A stretch of DNA of 64,000 nt, from the NCBI RefSeq assembly GCF_009914755.1, contig NC_060930.1; one strand, given 5' to 3'. The notes beneath the pieces were generated by a model. It made no database searches, was not told where the DNA came from, and saw nothing but the letters and a program-made list of their open reading frames with translations. Below, in pieces: positions 44,540 to 57,231 of the stretch. Origin of the DNA: the human T2T-CHM13v2.0 reference genome, Homo sapiens. Made by a program: the position numbers and the translations under genes. Positions within the stretch are counted from its first letter, which is position 1, and the number at the start of each line of letters is the position of its first letter.

Positions 44540-44680
44540 CCTATCCCATCCCATCTTATCCCATCTCCTTCTGTCCTCTTCAATCCTCTTCTATCCCCTT
44601 CCATTCCCCTTCCCACTTCTATTTCCATTCCAGTCCATTCTATTCCCATTCCATTTCACTCAAATTCCATTCCATTCCAC
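44540..44680. repeat. Degenerate (CCATT)n repeat at the 3' tail of an L2 remnant (~44680-44800, minus)
   Basis: Pentamer periodicity, with the adjacent L2 3'-end motif TTAGGCACTGTTCTAGACACTGGAGA. Confidence 0.7.
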
Positions 44681-47375
44681 AAATAATAATTGAGGCTTTA
44701 TGTGTTAGGCACTGTTCTAGACACTGGAGATTAATCCCCAGTGGAGTGTAAGACAAACAAAACCCTTGCCCTTATGAAACTCTTAATCCAGTGAAAGTAA
44801 GCAGAATGGTGGCTGCTCCTTGTCTGACATTCTTTGTGTGTGTGTATGTATATTATATAATATACATACACACACATATATACACATGTATATATATATA
44901 TGTGTGTGTATACATATATATAGAAGGAATTCTCTTTCTTTTATCCCTTATTCCAATCCTGTTATTATTAAGGATTATATTTAACTTTACATGTTCAAAT
45001 TAGTATAGTTCCTGTCTCCTGACTGAACGCTGATGCAGGGAAACTCTGGTCTCTGACTTTGATTTTTTTTTAATAGTAATGTTTGGTACAATCAACTGAC
45101 TTAAAACTTTAAAAAACTGAATTTCTACGGGTAAATGTTTAAATATGAGAAAAAAGTTGACTTTAGAATGTCTAATAAGCCTATCCTATTCAACAACCAA
45201 GAAATAGATTTCATACCTATTACACATAAAGATATAAAGGCATATTTTGGACTTTAAAGAGCTTGCAGGACAGGAAAGGCAAAAACATTTTATCCTGAAT
45301 GCCAACTATCTGGGTTAATGACTATCTGGGTTGATACGCATCTCAAGGCCAGAAAGGAATGATCAATTTGTGACATCAGACAGGTAAAAGACGGAGTGCT
45401 GGAAAAGCATGTCAGCTGTTACCTAGTCAGTTTCATAGATTTAGTAAACTGAAGCACAGAAATTTAAATGACTTGCCCAAAGCAAAGTTGTGTAATGTAA
45501 AGGCTGGTGCTAGACCCATATATGTGATTTCCAGTGCATTGTTCTTTACTTGTTGCTGCTCTAGATGATGATGGTGTTTTGAGGTCAGGTCGGAAGTACA
45601 AACAATTTAAGATGAGGCTTGTTTACCTTACCTATAGGGGTCCAGATGTGTTTTTCTGGGAAATCAGATTTATTGCCCACCATAGTCACAAACAGACTGG
45701 AAATAAGATAGATTTACAGAATTTTCTGCCTAACTCTAGAAATAGGATGGCAGAAGAGTCATTACATTAAGAAAGCCCAATGCTGCCATTTACTTTAAGA
45801 CATATAAATTTGGATTTCAAACAAAACAGCTTACAAAAGGGTGTTTGGCATCAAAAGGGAATAGCACAGGAATTATACCTAAGTCCATTACATATAACAC
45901 TGAACTATACAAGTAAATGTGTTTGACAATAACAATGCTTATTTGATTGTTGGGGAAGGTGACAGCTAGTAATACGTTGGACTTGAATTATATTTTTTCC
46001 TGGAAAATGGTATCTAGAGTAAATTTTTCGCACCTACTTGCCCAAACTTTCTTATCAGATGCTGAGTTGAAAAGAACATACCTAGATTCTACGGAAATTA
46101 GAAATCTAGCCTTTTTAAGAATATAACTTTGGAAATACTGGTGAATGGTAGATCTCCCATCCTCATGCTTGGAGGGCTATTATCTACCACAGGGCCACAC
46201 AACAGTGCCCTCTTAAGCCCCTTAATTTCACCTAGTCTAGCCAAAGGCAACACAAGTTCAAACTTTCCGGCTAGACTTCAGAATAAGAAAATTTTTGAAG
46301 TGCATTTCTCACTTAAGGACATAGCATATTTAAAAAATAAGAGCAAAAGGGGAAATTCTTGTCTTTTTAAATCAAACATTATTTGTTGCCAGAAGTGTAA
46401 TGACTTTTTGTTGGTATTTGTTAAGTACAGCCAGTTTTGATAATGTGCTCTCTTTTACTTTAGGAATTGCCTGTCCGTACTTTCCTTTAAAAGTTTTACC
46501 TGTACATCATCCTAGTAAGTATATGGCAAGGGCAGGGAAGTGACCCTGGATGTTTATTTCTGAAGAAACAAAAAAGATGACTAGTAGAGGATACAAGAGA
46601 AGCTGGAAGCTACTGATTTATCAATAGAATAAAAAATCCACAACACAAAAACAGATTAGAGTCTTCTTTGTTCAACTCACTCCTAAATACAAACCACTGG
46701 CTGCAAAATGGGTCTGGCCAAAAAAAATCTCCTATTCAGAATCCTGCTACTCATTTTACCTTAGAAATAATTATACATTTCTTTAACATTTAGAGTAAAA
46801 ACAATCTTAATAAAAAGAGCAAATAACAGAATCTAATCAAGGTGTCTTCTGTCCTTAACTGTTTATTCTACTAAAAAAGAATTTTTCATTAATAATCCTA
46901 ATCATAACTCTGCAGTGTTCAAAGACCAAAGGGGTTAGGTACTTAGTTCAGTAAACAAAAGTCGTGGAACAAGCACCCAATGCCCCTGAATATTAACTTC
47001 ACTATAACTATAATTCCTAGAAATAAATTTCAATTCTTTCCCATTCTGTATACTAACTGATTCTTACCACCAGTCAAAACAGAAAATTATTCTGGCTCTA
47101 ATATTCAGTTCCATTTTGTCTGACTAGCAAAGTCACAATTAGTCAATGACTACCAGATACACTCTACTGTGTTTTGCAGATGTAAAACTTAGAAATTAGT
47201 GTTATAATTCTTATAGGAAAACCTAAATCAGTAAACTTAATTGTAGTTTAATTCAAAGTTTTTAATCCAATATTGCATTCAAAAAGAATCTGTTAATACA
47301 TGTTGCTCTGCTTGTTACATGGCCACCAAGTGACTATAAGAGAAAACACACAGAAAAAAAAATTTTAAATGCAGT

Positions 47376-47410
47376 ATCTGCCATCTTGTGGTACAGTGAG
47401 GAAATGCAGC
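47376..47410 (-). promoter_or_regulatory. CTCF motif with upstream element: GCTGCATTTCC-N6-TACCACAAGATGGCAGA
   Basis: Core CCACAAGATGGCAG at 47391-47378, plus a TGCA-type upstream motif at typical spacing. Confidence 0.7.
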
Positions 47411-47775
47411 AATTGAGAAGCTTCTAAATGCTGTAATCCTAAACATTTCTCCGCATTGCTCATGTAAATAGCCAATAACAATATGATAGTTCTATTTTTT
47501 CTGTAATCTACTTAATGCCATTTTTCTTGAGATTATCCTTGAGTAAATTACAGAGGCATCAAGATCCCCCCAAAGTTGTCAAATATTATTCGTATCCTTG
47601 CTAAAATCAGGTCTCCAAAAGATTGCTTCTCTATCCACTATGACCTAGTAGTCTTCACACTAGTAGGCATCAAACTGCAATAAAAGGCTCAGATACAACC
47701 CATCTGGCATCTAAAGGAACACTCAAAAATTTAACACTTCCCCTGGCACCACTCTCACCCATCTATCTACCTTTA

Positions 47776-48090
<315 letters not shown>

Positions 48091-48671
48091 ATAGCAGCTA
48101 ACCCTTACTGAGCATTAACTATGTTATTAACTCAATCCTCACAACAAACCTATTAAGTAGGGACTATTATTTTCCTCATTTTAAATGATGAAGCAACTGA
48201 GGCACAGAGGTTAGTAATTTTCCTAAGATTATGGTGGAGATCCTAAGCTATTGAAATGATTACTACTTGTTTTCAAAAGCCCTTATCATTTATATCACAA
48301 TATGAATAACAAATATTATGAATCGCAGTTATCAAAAAAACTTCAGCAGTATTACTACATCAAAACCATAAAAAACAGAAGATGTAGGTGACTAACTTCA
48401 ATGTAAGAACTTCAAATAATTGCCCATTGACAGAATGCTAGCAGCTCTGGTAGAAGGGCAAAGCTTAGATATGATGTAACTAGCTTAGAGTACCAATGCT
48501 GACTTAGAACAGCATTCACCCATGCCATAGAGAACTGAGACAATGTGGCACCTTCATTAAATGAATTAAAGAGCTTTACTTGAGTTAATATCTTAGTTTA
48601 CCAAACCTGACCTGAGTTTCCTCAAACACTTGACAATAGTTGCTTTCTAAGTCTGTAACATGATAGGTTTA

Positions 48672-49258
<587 letters not shown>

Positions 49259-50159
49259 TTAAAAAACTAAGTTAAAAAATAAGTCTCTCTATAGCTTTTT
49301 ATTTACTGAGGTTAAAGATCTTTTCATATTTACAAACTATTTATATGTATTTGTTTCCCAGTTCACATCCTTATACATTTTGTTCCTCTACTATCTTTAG
49401 ATATGAGCCTTTTGACCTGGATGAGTTACAAATCTGCCTCCCACTCTGTCTTTTGTCATTTTTCTTGACTTGTCTTCTAAGTTTTTGTTGGTCCACTGAA
49501 CTAATTTTTTTTTTGTTATCAAATATATCTTTTATAGTTGAGTTTGGTGTCACACTTAGGCCTTCTTCAATCCATTTGCTTTAAGAGTTTAGGTTTTTGG
49601 TAGTTTTATCTTTTCCTATTTAAATCTTCTAGTGGAGGGCAGAAAACTGGGTTTTCCATTTGGTTACCAGTTGTTGTCCCAATTCCACTTACAAAATAAT
49701 GTCTTTCCTTGCCAATTTCAAATATCATTTTTATCCTATATGAATTTTTTAAAGTATTAGGGTATTCTGACATCTTACTATGTTACATTGACCTTACTAG
49801 ACACAAGAACCATAGCTTCTTTACATATTATTTCTAAAAATTTTGTTATTACAAATGGGGGTCTTTGTTCTTCCAACAGACTTGGTCACTAAGTGTTACT
49901 GATTTCTGTTTATTAATGCTGTACCAAATCACCTTGCTGAAATTGCTTTAGATAGTTCTCTTGAGGTTTTAGTTGTATATAACCAACTACTTAGAAAAAC
50001 AAAACCTCTTAAATACACCCAAGGAGATCCAGTATAGTATTGAAGTGTACAATTTCAGTATGTTCACACAATGGAACATAATACATAGCAGTCAAAATGA
50101 ACTATACTTAACATGTGTCAACAGGGGTAGATCAGAATATTAAATGAAAAAAAGCAAAG

Positions 50160-50540
50160 GGCCTTTGTCTCCTGGCACCCGGATACTGAGCTCAGTTTCC
50201 GTCTTCACTGTTCCATCTCCTCCATCCACTACTCCAGGATCTCATAGGTGACTCTACCACAGCCCCTGTTGTCCTGTGAGCTGCAGGCACTGGGAAATCC
50301 ACAGGGAGGATGCCAGAACATCTGGAGCCTGCGAAATGGTATTTTCTTATTTAAAACAGGATCATCATGGTAGACGGGAGGCATGGTGGGAGGGGGGCGA
50401 GGGATAAAAGATTACAAATAGGGTGCAGTGTACACTGCTTGGGTGATGGGTCCACCAAAATCCCACAAATCACCACTAAAGAACTTAATCATGTAACCAA
50501 ACACCACCTGTTCCCCAATAAGCTATGGAAAAATAAAAAT
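50160..50540 (+). pseudogene. Chimeric retro-insertion: KRAB-ZNF-like 5' leader/ATG (50160-~50340) fused to an L1PB-type 3' end (~50385-50540)
   Basis: 13-bp TSD AAAAAAAGCAAAG at 50147-50159 and 50541-50553 encloses both parts. The leader resembles chr19 KRAB-ZNF first exons (from recall). Confidence 0.7.
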
Positions 50541-51812
50541 AAAAAAAGCAAAGTTACAGAATTGTCCAAATACATACCATCTATGTTTCACAAACACTAA
50601 ATACATTTCATTATCCCCCTAACGAAGGGACTAAGTTCCTTAGTTCCTAATGTCATAAAGGTTTACAGATTGATAACAAATATGTAGCAAAAGTACAAAA
50701 ACATGGGTAAAATATTCACAAAAACATGGATAAAATAATCACAATGGTGATTACTTCTTAAGGCTGGGAGGGAGGGAGGATTACAAACGACAAAGTACAC
50801 AAAGAGAGCTTCAATTTCGGTGTATTTTAAGAAAAAAACACCGAAGCAAATATAGCAAAAGTAAAATATTTGTTAAGTCGGGGTGGGTGCACAGCTGTTC
50901 ATTACAAAAGTCTAGGTGCTATTGTGAATGTCTGAAACATTTAAGAGGCTTGTAGAGAAATATTTTTTCTTTTAATATTTTACTGCACTGAAGAGAAATA
51001 CTTTTGACTGAATTATCTTCTGGCATTCTGTAATTTTTAATCTCAAAAGAATCAATGTGGGCCTGACAAAAAGGGAGATTTCACTGATTTTGGCAAGTTC
51101 CTAAAATGTTTTGTCTTCTTTGCACATCTTAGTAGCAGGAGTTACCCCCATTTGTCTGCTTCCTGCTACTAGAATGTAAGCTCTGAGTGTAAGCTCTGAG
51201 TGAAAGCATTTTTCCATTATATTCAGTTACACTCCTACAGTCTTAAAATGGGCAGACACACAATAAGTAGTTGCTGAATGATAAATCAGTTGTGTTTATT
51301 TCCTTGAGTTAGAAACCTGGATGTCACGTAAATAATAATGGAACCTGGATGCCATGTAAATGCAGTAAAAGAAACAGGTTTTGTCTGCAGGTTCCATTTT
51401 AAACCAGCAATATACTATAGGCAAGTCTGGTCAATACAAGTTCTGGTCAGTTTCTTCTTTCAATTCAGAATTTCCATTTCAATTTTGAGAATCTTTGGGT
51501 CAACTCAAAGAACTCCTACATCTCAATTGCAGAGTCTGTATTATTTCATAAATTGTAATGGGATGTTAATCTTCACTGATACTAACTGGCTAAGCTATAG
51601 AGGGCAAGGTGGTAGAATTTCTATTGCAAAGATAAGTAATAATTACTATAAATACTCTTCCCAAAGAAACAGCAAATAGTTATCTTTCAAGCTGTAATCA
51701 TTATCTTTCACCTAGAGTGTATTGTAAGTCTACAGAAATGATGTCATTAGCCACTGAAACAAGACTTCATATTGTAGTAATAAACAGACAAAAGATAATC
51801 CAAGTACAATTT

Positions 51813-51818
51813 TTTAAT
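51813..51818 (-). terminator. HDAC2: Proximal poly(A) signal ATTAAA
   Basis: About 320 nt after the stop, followed on the minus strand by a U/GU-rich tract (TTATCTTTTGTCTGTTT). Confidence 0.7.
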
Positions 51819-52139
51819 AAAGATAATTACAAAAGATGGAAAAATCAGCTCAGAAAGGCCAATTACTTCTTTAATAGATCAGTTTTTTTGACATAATAAC
51901 TCACATCAATTTTAAATACTATCACATAAAGCATGGTGGAGAAAAGAAATTTTGCTTCATAATTAGAAAAACTCACAATAAAACTTGCCAAGAAAAACAA
52001 AAACGAAAAAGCCATTTGAAAATAAATACAGTCCATGCCAAAGTAGTATAAAATGAAGCCAGAAGTCTTCAAAAAGAAAACATTTTCCTTTCAATATTTT
52101 CTTTTTAATGATTTTCTGAAATTGGTGAGACTGTCAAAT

Positions 52140-52170
52140 TCAGGGGTTGCTGAGCTGTTCTGATTTGGTT
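52140..52170 (-). CDS. HDAC2: HDAC2 terminal exon coding part, TKSEQLSNP-stop
   Basis: ttttaacAG|AACC acceptor, TGA at 52142-52140. Matches the HDAC2 C-terminus. Confidence 0.97.
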
Positions 52171-52789
52171 CTGTTAAAAGAGGCAATGTGAAATATTAAA
52201 AATGGCACAATCTTGGTTTAAATGCACTGACCTATTATATTGATCAGGTCCTGTAGGCTCATGCTAAGAAACACATTAATTGATAATGTCTTAAGTGTTT
52301 CTGGAGTAATTAATGCCTTAATTTTTCTAGTGATTTAATAAACTATTCCAAGTTATCCTGTAAAGGCTGGCACAAAATTATGTGTGCCCAAACATTTACA
52401 TGCTTTCTGACACTAAAATCCTCAACTGTTTTTACTTAAAATTGTTTCTTAAATTTACCTATCTCACAACACTAAAAAAATCATGTACACAGAAATAAGA
52501 ACACCATGAAAACCATTAAGTGCATATATAAAAGATAACAGCAAAAAAGGGTCTCAGATAAACTACGTACAAGAATACAAACTGACTGATATAGTTATAC
52601 TGATAAACCAATAGGTAAGATGGCATATGTTGTCTTATGTACCAATACAAACTAAAATTCAGAGCACCTCATAATGATGTTCTAAGGTTCAGTCTAGTAT
52701 TTCTGAAGTGTGTACACAAACACACACCAATAAACATGTTTAGTATTTTTATAGTATGTAAAAAGTACTTGATAAGGAACATCATTTAC

Positions 52790-52847
52790 CCTTTGGTATC
52801 TGTTTTTTCACCACTGTTGTCCTTGGATTTATCTTCTTCCTTAACGT
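52790..52847 (-). CDS. HDAC2: HDAC2 exon 13, 58 nt, (D)VKEEDKSKDNSGEKTDTK(G)
   Basis: Manual translation. ttttAG|AC acceptor and GG|GTAAAT donor. Contains the VKEE SUMO consensus. Confidence 0.97.
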
Positions 52848-54434
52848 CTAAAAATAAAGATTGGGAAAAGATTAAAACCTATTTTGAAATATAAAATGTA
52901 TATATATTATTTCAAAATATACTTTATTTTTAAAATATAAAAAGTTATGCAATCTTATTATTAATGAATTCGGTCTAAATAAGCTTTGTGTTGGGTGTTT
53001 CCTAAACGATGGCAGTACAAGCTATGAATAGTCACTGGATTGGGGTGCAGAGGGAGAAAAGGTGGCCCTAACTCTAGGTTTTGACCTATAGATTTAAAAA
53101 AAGCTTTCTGTGGTAGTATTTCATTTTTCAGTAGGCTGAAGAATTTTAACAACTGCAAGGCCCTATCGAAAGAGCCTCATCACCAAATAGAGAGTTTATT
53201 TTTTAAGCACAGAAAAGATAAAGCTTTTAAAAATGAGAACACCAAAAACAGACAGACAAGAAAACATAGTGAAAATGAAAGAAAAGAAAAAAAGTTAGGA
53301 AAATCCTACAGCTAAAGTTAAGTCGTCCTTAATTCAGTCATGGCTTGAATTTTTGGATGTCAATCAGTTACAAATATAGACTGAAGCCATCATTGTAATA
53401 CATTGGGAAGTTAAAATTATAAATTTCTGTATGTAGCCTATTGAGGAGTGAATCCACAAGTAAAAGAACAGAACTAAATGTGTCAGATGTTATAGATTAC
53501 TAACTCTCTAGTTTAAAAAAAAAAAAAAAAAAGCTGGCTTATTCACATAACTTCAATTTGATAGACATAGGAAAAATTGGATCATTATCTCTAAATCAGT
53601 TTTTCACATACTACAGGATCAAAATTAACAGGTTAACTAAAACGTGTGCTCATCACCATTACTTGCATTAGGAAATGCATCAAGTGCTGAGAATACAAAT
53701 ATTTAAGATACTGTGTTCCCTAGCCATGAGCAGCTCAGTCTAGTAGGGAGACAAAATCCTGTGAGGTGCTATAATATGATGTGTTAAATAAAATGGCAGA
53801 GGCATGTGTAAGTGTTCTGGGAAGTCAGATGAAAGGTAACAGATTCCGGTAGCAAATTCAATTGCCTAAAGCTAACACAGCGTTTTAAAGTAAGGCAATG
53901 TATCAAAGTATTTTTTCCTCCCTAACCCAGGTCCCAAATCCCCTCCTAGCTTTCCTCAGAGTTTTTAATGTTTTCTTCAATTTCTGAACAAAATCCATTA
54001 TTTGACCTTTTTCAAAATGGCAAAACTGGTCTAAGGATATGTAACTCTTCTTTGTGTTTTCTCCCATTAAATAAGCTTTAGGTAGCTAAAAATTACCTTA
54101 GAAGTTCAGTTCTGACCATGCACTACCAATAGATTCATAATTACTTTGTCCTCTTTCTTAACCAATCTATATCACAATGCAATGTTCACTATTTTAAACC
54201 TATGTTATCAAGAAAATAAGGTTTCCTGTATTACTAAAGCAAATAGGAACAATAACATTTATATAAAAGCTTTAAGAGCTAAGTACCACTTATATGTAAG
54301 AAAAAAGAGTCACCTACCTAGCATACTTCCTCCTGATACCTGTGCAACTGACTTCTCGATAGCATAAACATTATAATGCAGCCCAATTTTTAAAATTTAC
54401 AATTAAAACACAATTACCAAGAAACAAATCTGAC

Positions 54435-54590
54435 CTGTTTTTTTGTCCTCTGTTTCTTTCTTATCTTCTTCAATTCTAGCTTTCTTTGCTCCTTTCTTAT
54501 GATCAGCCACATTTCTTCGACCTCCTTCTCCTTCATCCTCAGAATCTGAGAATTCTTCATCACAAGCTATCCGCTTGTCTGATGCTCGAA
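54435..54590 (-). CDS. HDAC2: HDAC2 exon 12, 156 nt, (I)RASDKRIACDEEFSDSEDEGEGGRRNVADHKKGAKKARIEEDKKETEDKKT
   Basis: Seen in ORF 54403..54621. IACDEE and the acidic serine cluster distinguish HDAC2 from HDAC1. gcAG|TT acceptor and G|GTCAGA donor. Confidence 0.98.
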
Positions 54591-55363
54591 CTGCACAGAA
54601 TATTTTAATAAATTTTGACAAAAACAGTCACAGGTTTTATAATCATTACAGCATACTCATACAAATGCACTAAGCAGTTAGTTACCACATTTAAACGTAA
54701 AGGGTAACATGCCTAATGATTTTAAAATTTGAATGGAATGAATGGTTTATTTAATATTGAAAACTTTGCTTTCATGTATGAAGAAATGGCTCAAAAACAC
54801 ATAATAAAAATTGGGGGAATCTCTTTTTCTTTAAAAATGCTGAAACTCTAAAGGAAAAAAGTGTGTTTTTCTAATAGGGGATGGGAATAATGTCATTACT
54901 TAAAAAGTAGCATTTTATTTCAGAGCTGAGAGGTGAAGTAGACCAAAAAAAAAGTACCAATACCAAATATGTTAGACAGTCTATACCATTACACATACTG
55001 TTATGCTACAATCTAACCATCACATTAAGTGTAATGAGAAGTTGTAAAATCAAACAGATGTTTAGTTATTTAGTTCACCCTACTTTAGATAAATGAGATG
55101 TCTTATTAATTTCCAAATATACTAAAGTTGCTAATTTTTGAAAACTTTCAATCATATATGTATATCCAGCCATACAAACTGAAACTGCTGACACCCAAAT
55201 CAGGTTCTGAGACATCAGGAAGCTAAATCTCTGAAAGTGGCAAAAATGACAATATTAACAGTGTGCTCGTGAACATGACTTTATAGTGAAGTTCTTAGGC
55301 CACTAAAACCTTCCATTTCAATTATCATTTTGACAAATTGGAAAAATAAAGGCATTATCTTAC

Positions 55364-55494
55364 TAGAAATTCTCTTGTCTGGATCTTCTCCATCTTCATC
55401 TCCACTGTCTTCATGAACAGCATCTTCTGGAATAGCTTGCATCTGGACACCAGGTGCATGAGGTAACATGCGCAAATTTTCAAACAAACGCTGT
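55364..55494 (-). CDS. HDAC2: HDAC2 exon 11, 131 nt, [43 protein letters not shown]
   Basis: Seen in ORF 55281..55487. atttAG|A acceptor and A|GTAAGA donor. Confidence 0.98.
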
Positions 55495-55611
55495 CTAAAT
55501 TACACACGCAAAGTTTATTAGACAAAATTAAATTTCTTTGCAGTTCTTACATGCAAGAGAAAATATTTAGCAAAAAATTTCATCTTTGGTCTAGCTAAAC
55601 CTATATATTAA

Positions 55612-55877
55612 AAGGTCTCTCTTTGTTGCCCAGACTAGAGTGCAGTGGCAAGATCATAGCTCACTGCAGCCTCGAACTCCTGGCAATCCTCCTGCCTCAG
55701 CCTCTGCGCGTTAGGACTACAAGTGTATGCCACCATGCCCGGCTAATTTTTAAATTTTTTGCAGACAAGGTCTCACTATATGGCCCAGGCTGGTCACAAA
55801 CTACTGGTCTAAAGCTATCCTCCCACCTCGGACTTCCAAAGCATTAGGATTACAAGCATAAGCCACCTTGACTGGCC
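55612..55877 (-). mobile_element. AluJ in HDAC2 intron 10
   Basis: Alu match, tail absent. Confidence 0.85.
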
Positions 55878-56145
55878 AAGGAGGCATTATTTTAGCCTGC
55901 CATTTCAATGATGAGAAAACATAAGCACAAAGGCAAGTGAACTTATCAAACATCATACAGCTTGTTTGTGGTACAGAGGTGACTCAAACCCATGCTATGT
56001 ACTATAATGTCTCTACTTTGCTTGTGGAGACAAAGCCTTAACAAAATGTTCCAGACAATGAAAATAACTTATAGTGCACCTTGCAATTTTAAAATACATT
56101 TCAACTAATAAAAAAAATTATTTCCATTAACTGAAGAAATTAAAT

Positions 56146-56295
56146 GGCTGAATACGGTGGCTCATGCCTGTAAGCTCAGCACTTCTGAGAGGCAGAGGTG
56201 ACAGGATCACTTGAAGCCAGGAGTTCGAGACCAGCCTGGGCAACCAAGCAATATCCCATCCTGACAAAAAAATTAAAAATTAAAAAAAAAAAAAA
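56146..56295 (+). mobile_element. FLAM/Alu left monomer in HDAC2 intron 10
   Basis: Single-arm Alu with an A tail. Confidence 0.85.
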
Positions 56296-56444
56296 GAATA
56301 ATCAGTAACTTAATGTTTCAAATCCTTTAGAAAAAAACAAAATATCTAATAAAGTTAAAAAGACCCATCATACTTGGCCCTTTAAAGCATACTAAATCTT
56401 TGTCAAGATAAAATGTTTATCAAAACAATTCAATGATTTCTTAC

Positions 56445-56553
56445 TTTATCTTTTCCATATATTCTGGAGTGTTCTGGTTTGTCATGTTTGAAGGACTAAT
56501 ATGCAGTTTGAAGTCTGGTCCAAAATACTCAAAGTAATCATTATATGGCAACT
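56445..56553 (-). CDS. HDAC2: HDAC2 exon 10, 109 nt, (E)[35 protein letters not shown](K)
   Basis: Seen in ORF 56441..56707. tttcattAG|AG acceptor and AA|GTAAGA donor. Confidence 0.98.
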
Positions 56554-56741
56554 CTAATGAAAACAATAAAATAAAGTTACATATTACAAGCTCAGTTTTC
56601 ACAAAAAACCATGCACAGAATCCAGATTTAGGTGGTGAAATATTTCCTAAGAAAATGTTTAAAAGTGAACACAAAGTGAATGTTCTCCTATTTATAAAGA
56701 ATGGCACTTACTCTAATCATTCATCCATCTATTTCTATATA

Positions 56742-57045
56742 CAGACAGTCTCTGACTTTCAATGGCTTGACTTACAGTTTTCTGGCTTTTTTGTACCAAC
56801 TTCAATGTCTTGTATTCAGTACATTACATGAAATATTCAACGTTTTATTTTTATAAAACAGGCTCAGTATTAGATTATTTTGTCCAACTGAAGCCTAACC
56901 TAACTGTTCTGAGCACGTTTAAAGTAGGCTGGGCTAAGTCATGTTTGGTAGGTTAAGTGTATTATATCCATTTTCTACTTATCATACTTTCAACTTATGA
57001 TGGGTTTATCAGGACCTAATTGCAACATAATTAGAGGAGCATCTG
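56742..57045 (-). mobile_element. MER47A (Tigger-family MITE) in HDAC2 intron 9
   Basis: TA|CAGACAGTC...GAGGAGCATCTG|TA termini. Internal CTGAGCACGTTTAAAGTAGGCT motif. Confidence 0.85.
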
Positions 57046-57090
57046 TATTGACAGTTCATACAATAAAGATATTGTAATGAGAACACTTAC

Positions 57091-57231
57091 CATTGGGAAT
57101 CTCACAATCAAGGGCAACTGCAGTCTCATATGTCCAACATCGAGCAACATTACGGATTGTGTAGCCACCTCCTCCAAGCATCAGTAATGGTAAGTTAAAA
57201 GTTTTTACAACTTCTACACATTTAGCATGAC
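57091..57231 (-). CDS. HDAC2: HDAC2 exon 9, 141 nt, (G)[46 protein letters not shown](E)
   Basis: GGGGY catalytic tyrosine motif. AG|GT acceptor and G|GTAAGT donor. Frame is continuous with the flanking exons. Confidence 0.98.

Noticed and set aside
54403-56707. ORF-track N- and C-terminal extensions around HDAC2 exons as novel isoforms
   Set aside because: They are read-through into intron sequence, and canonical splice sites bound the true exons.
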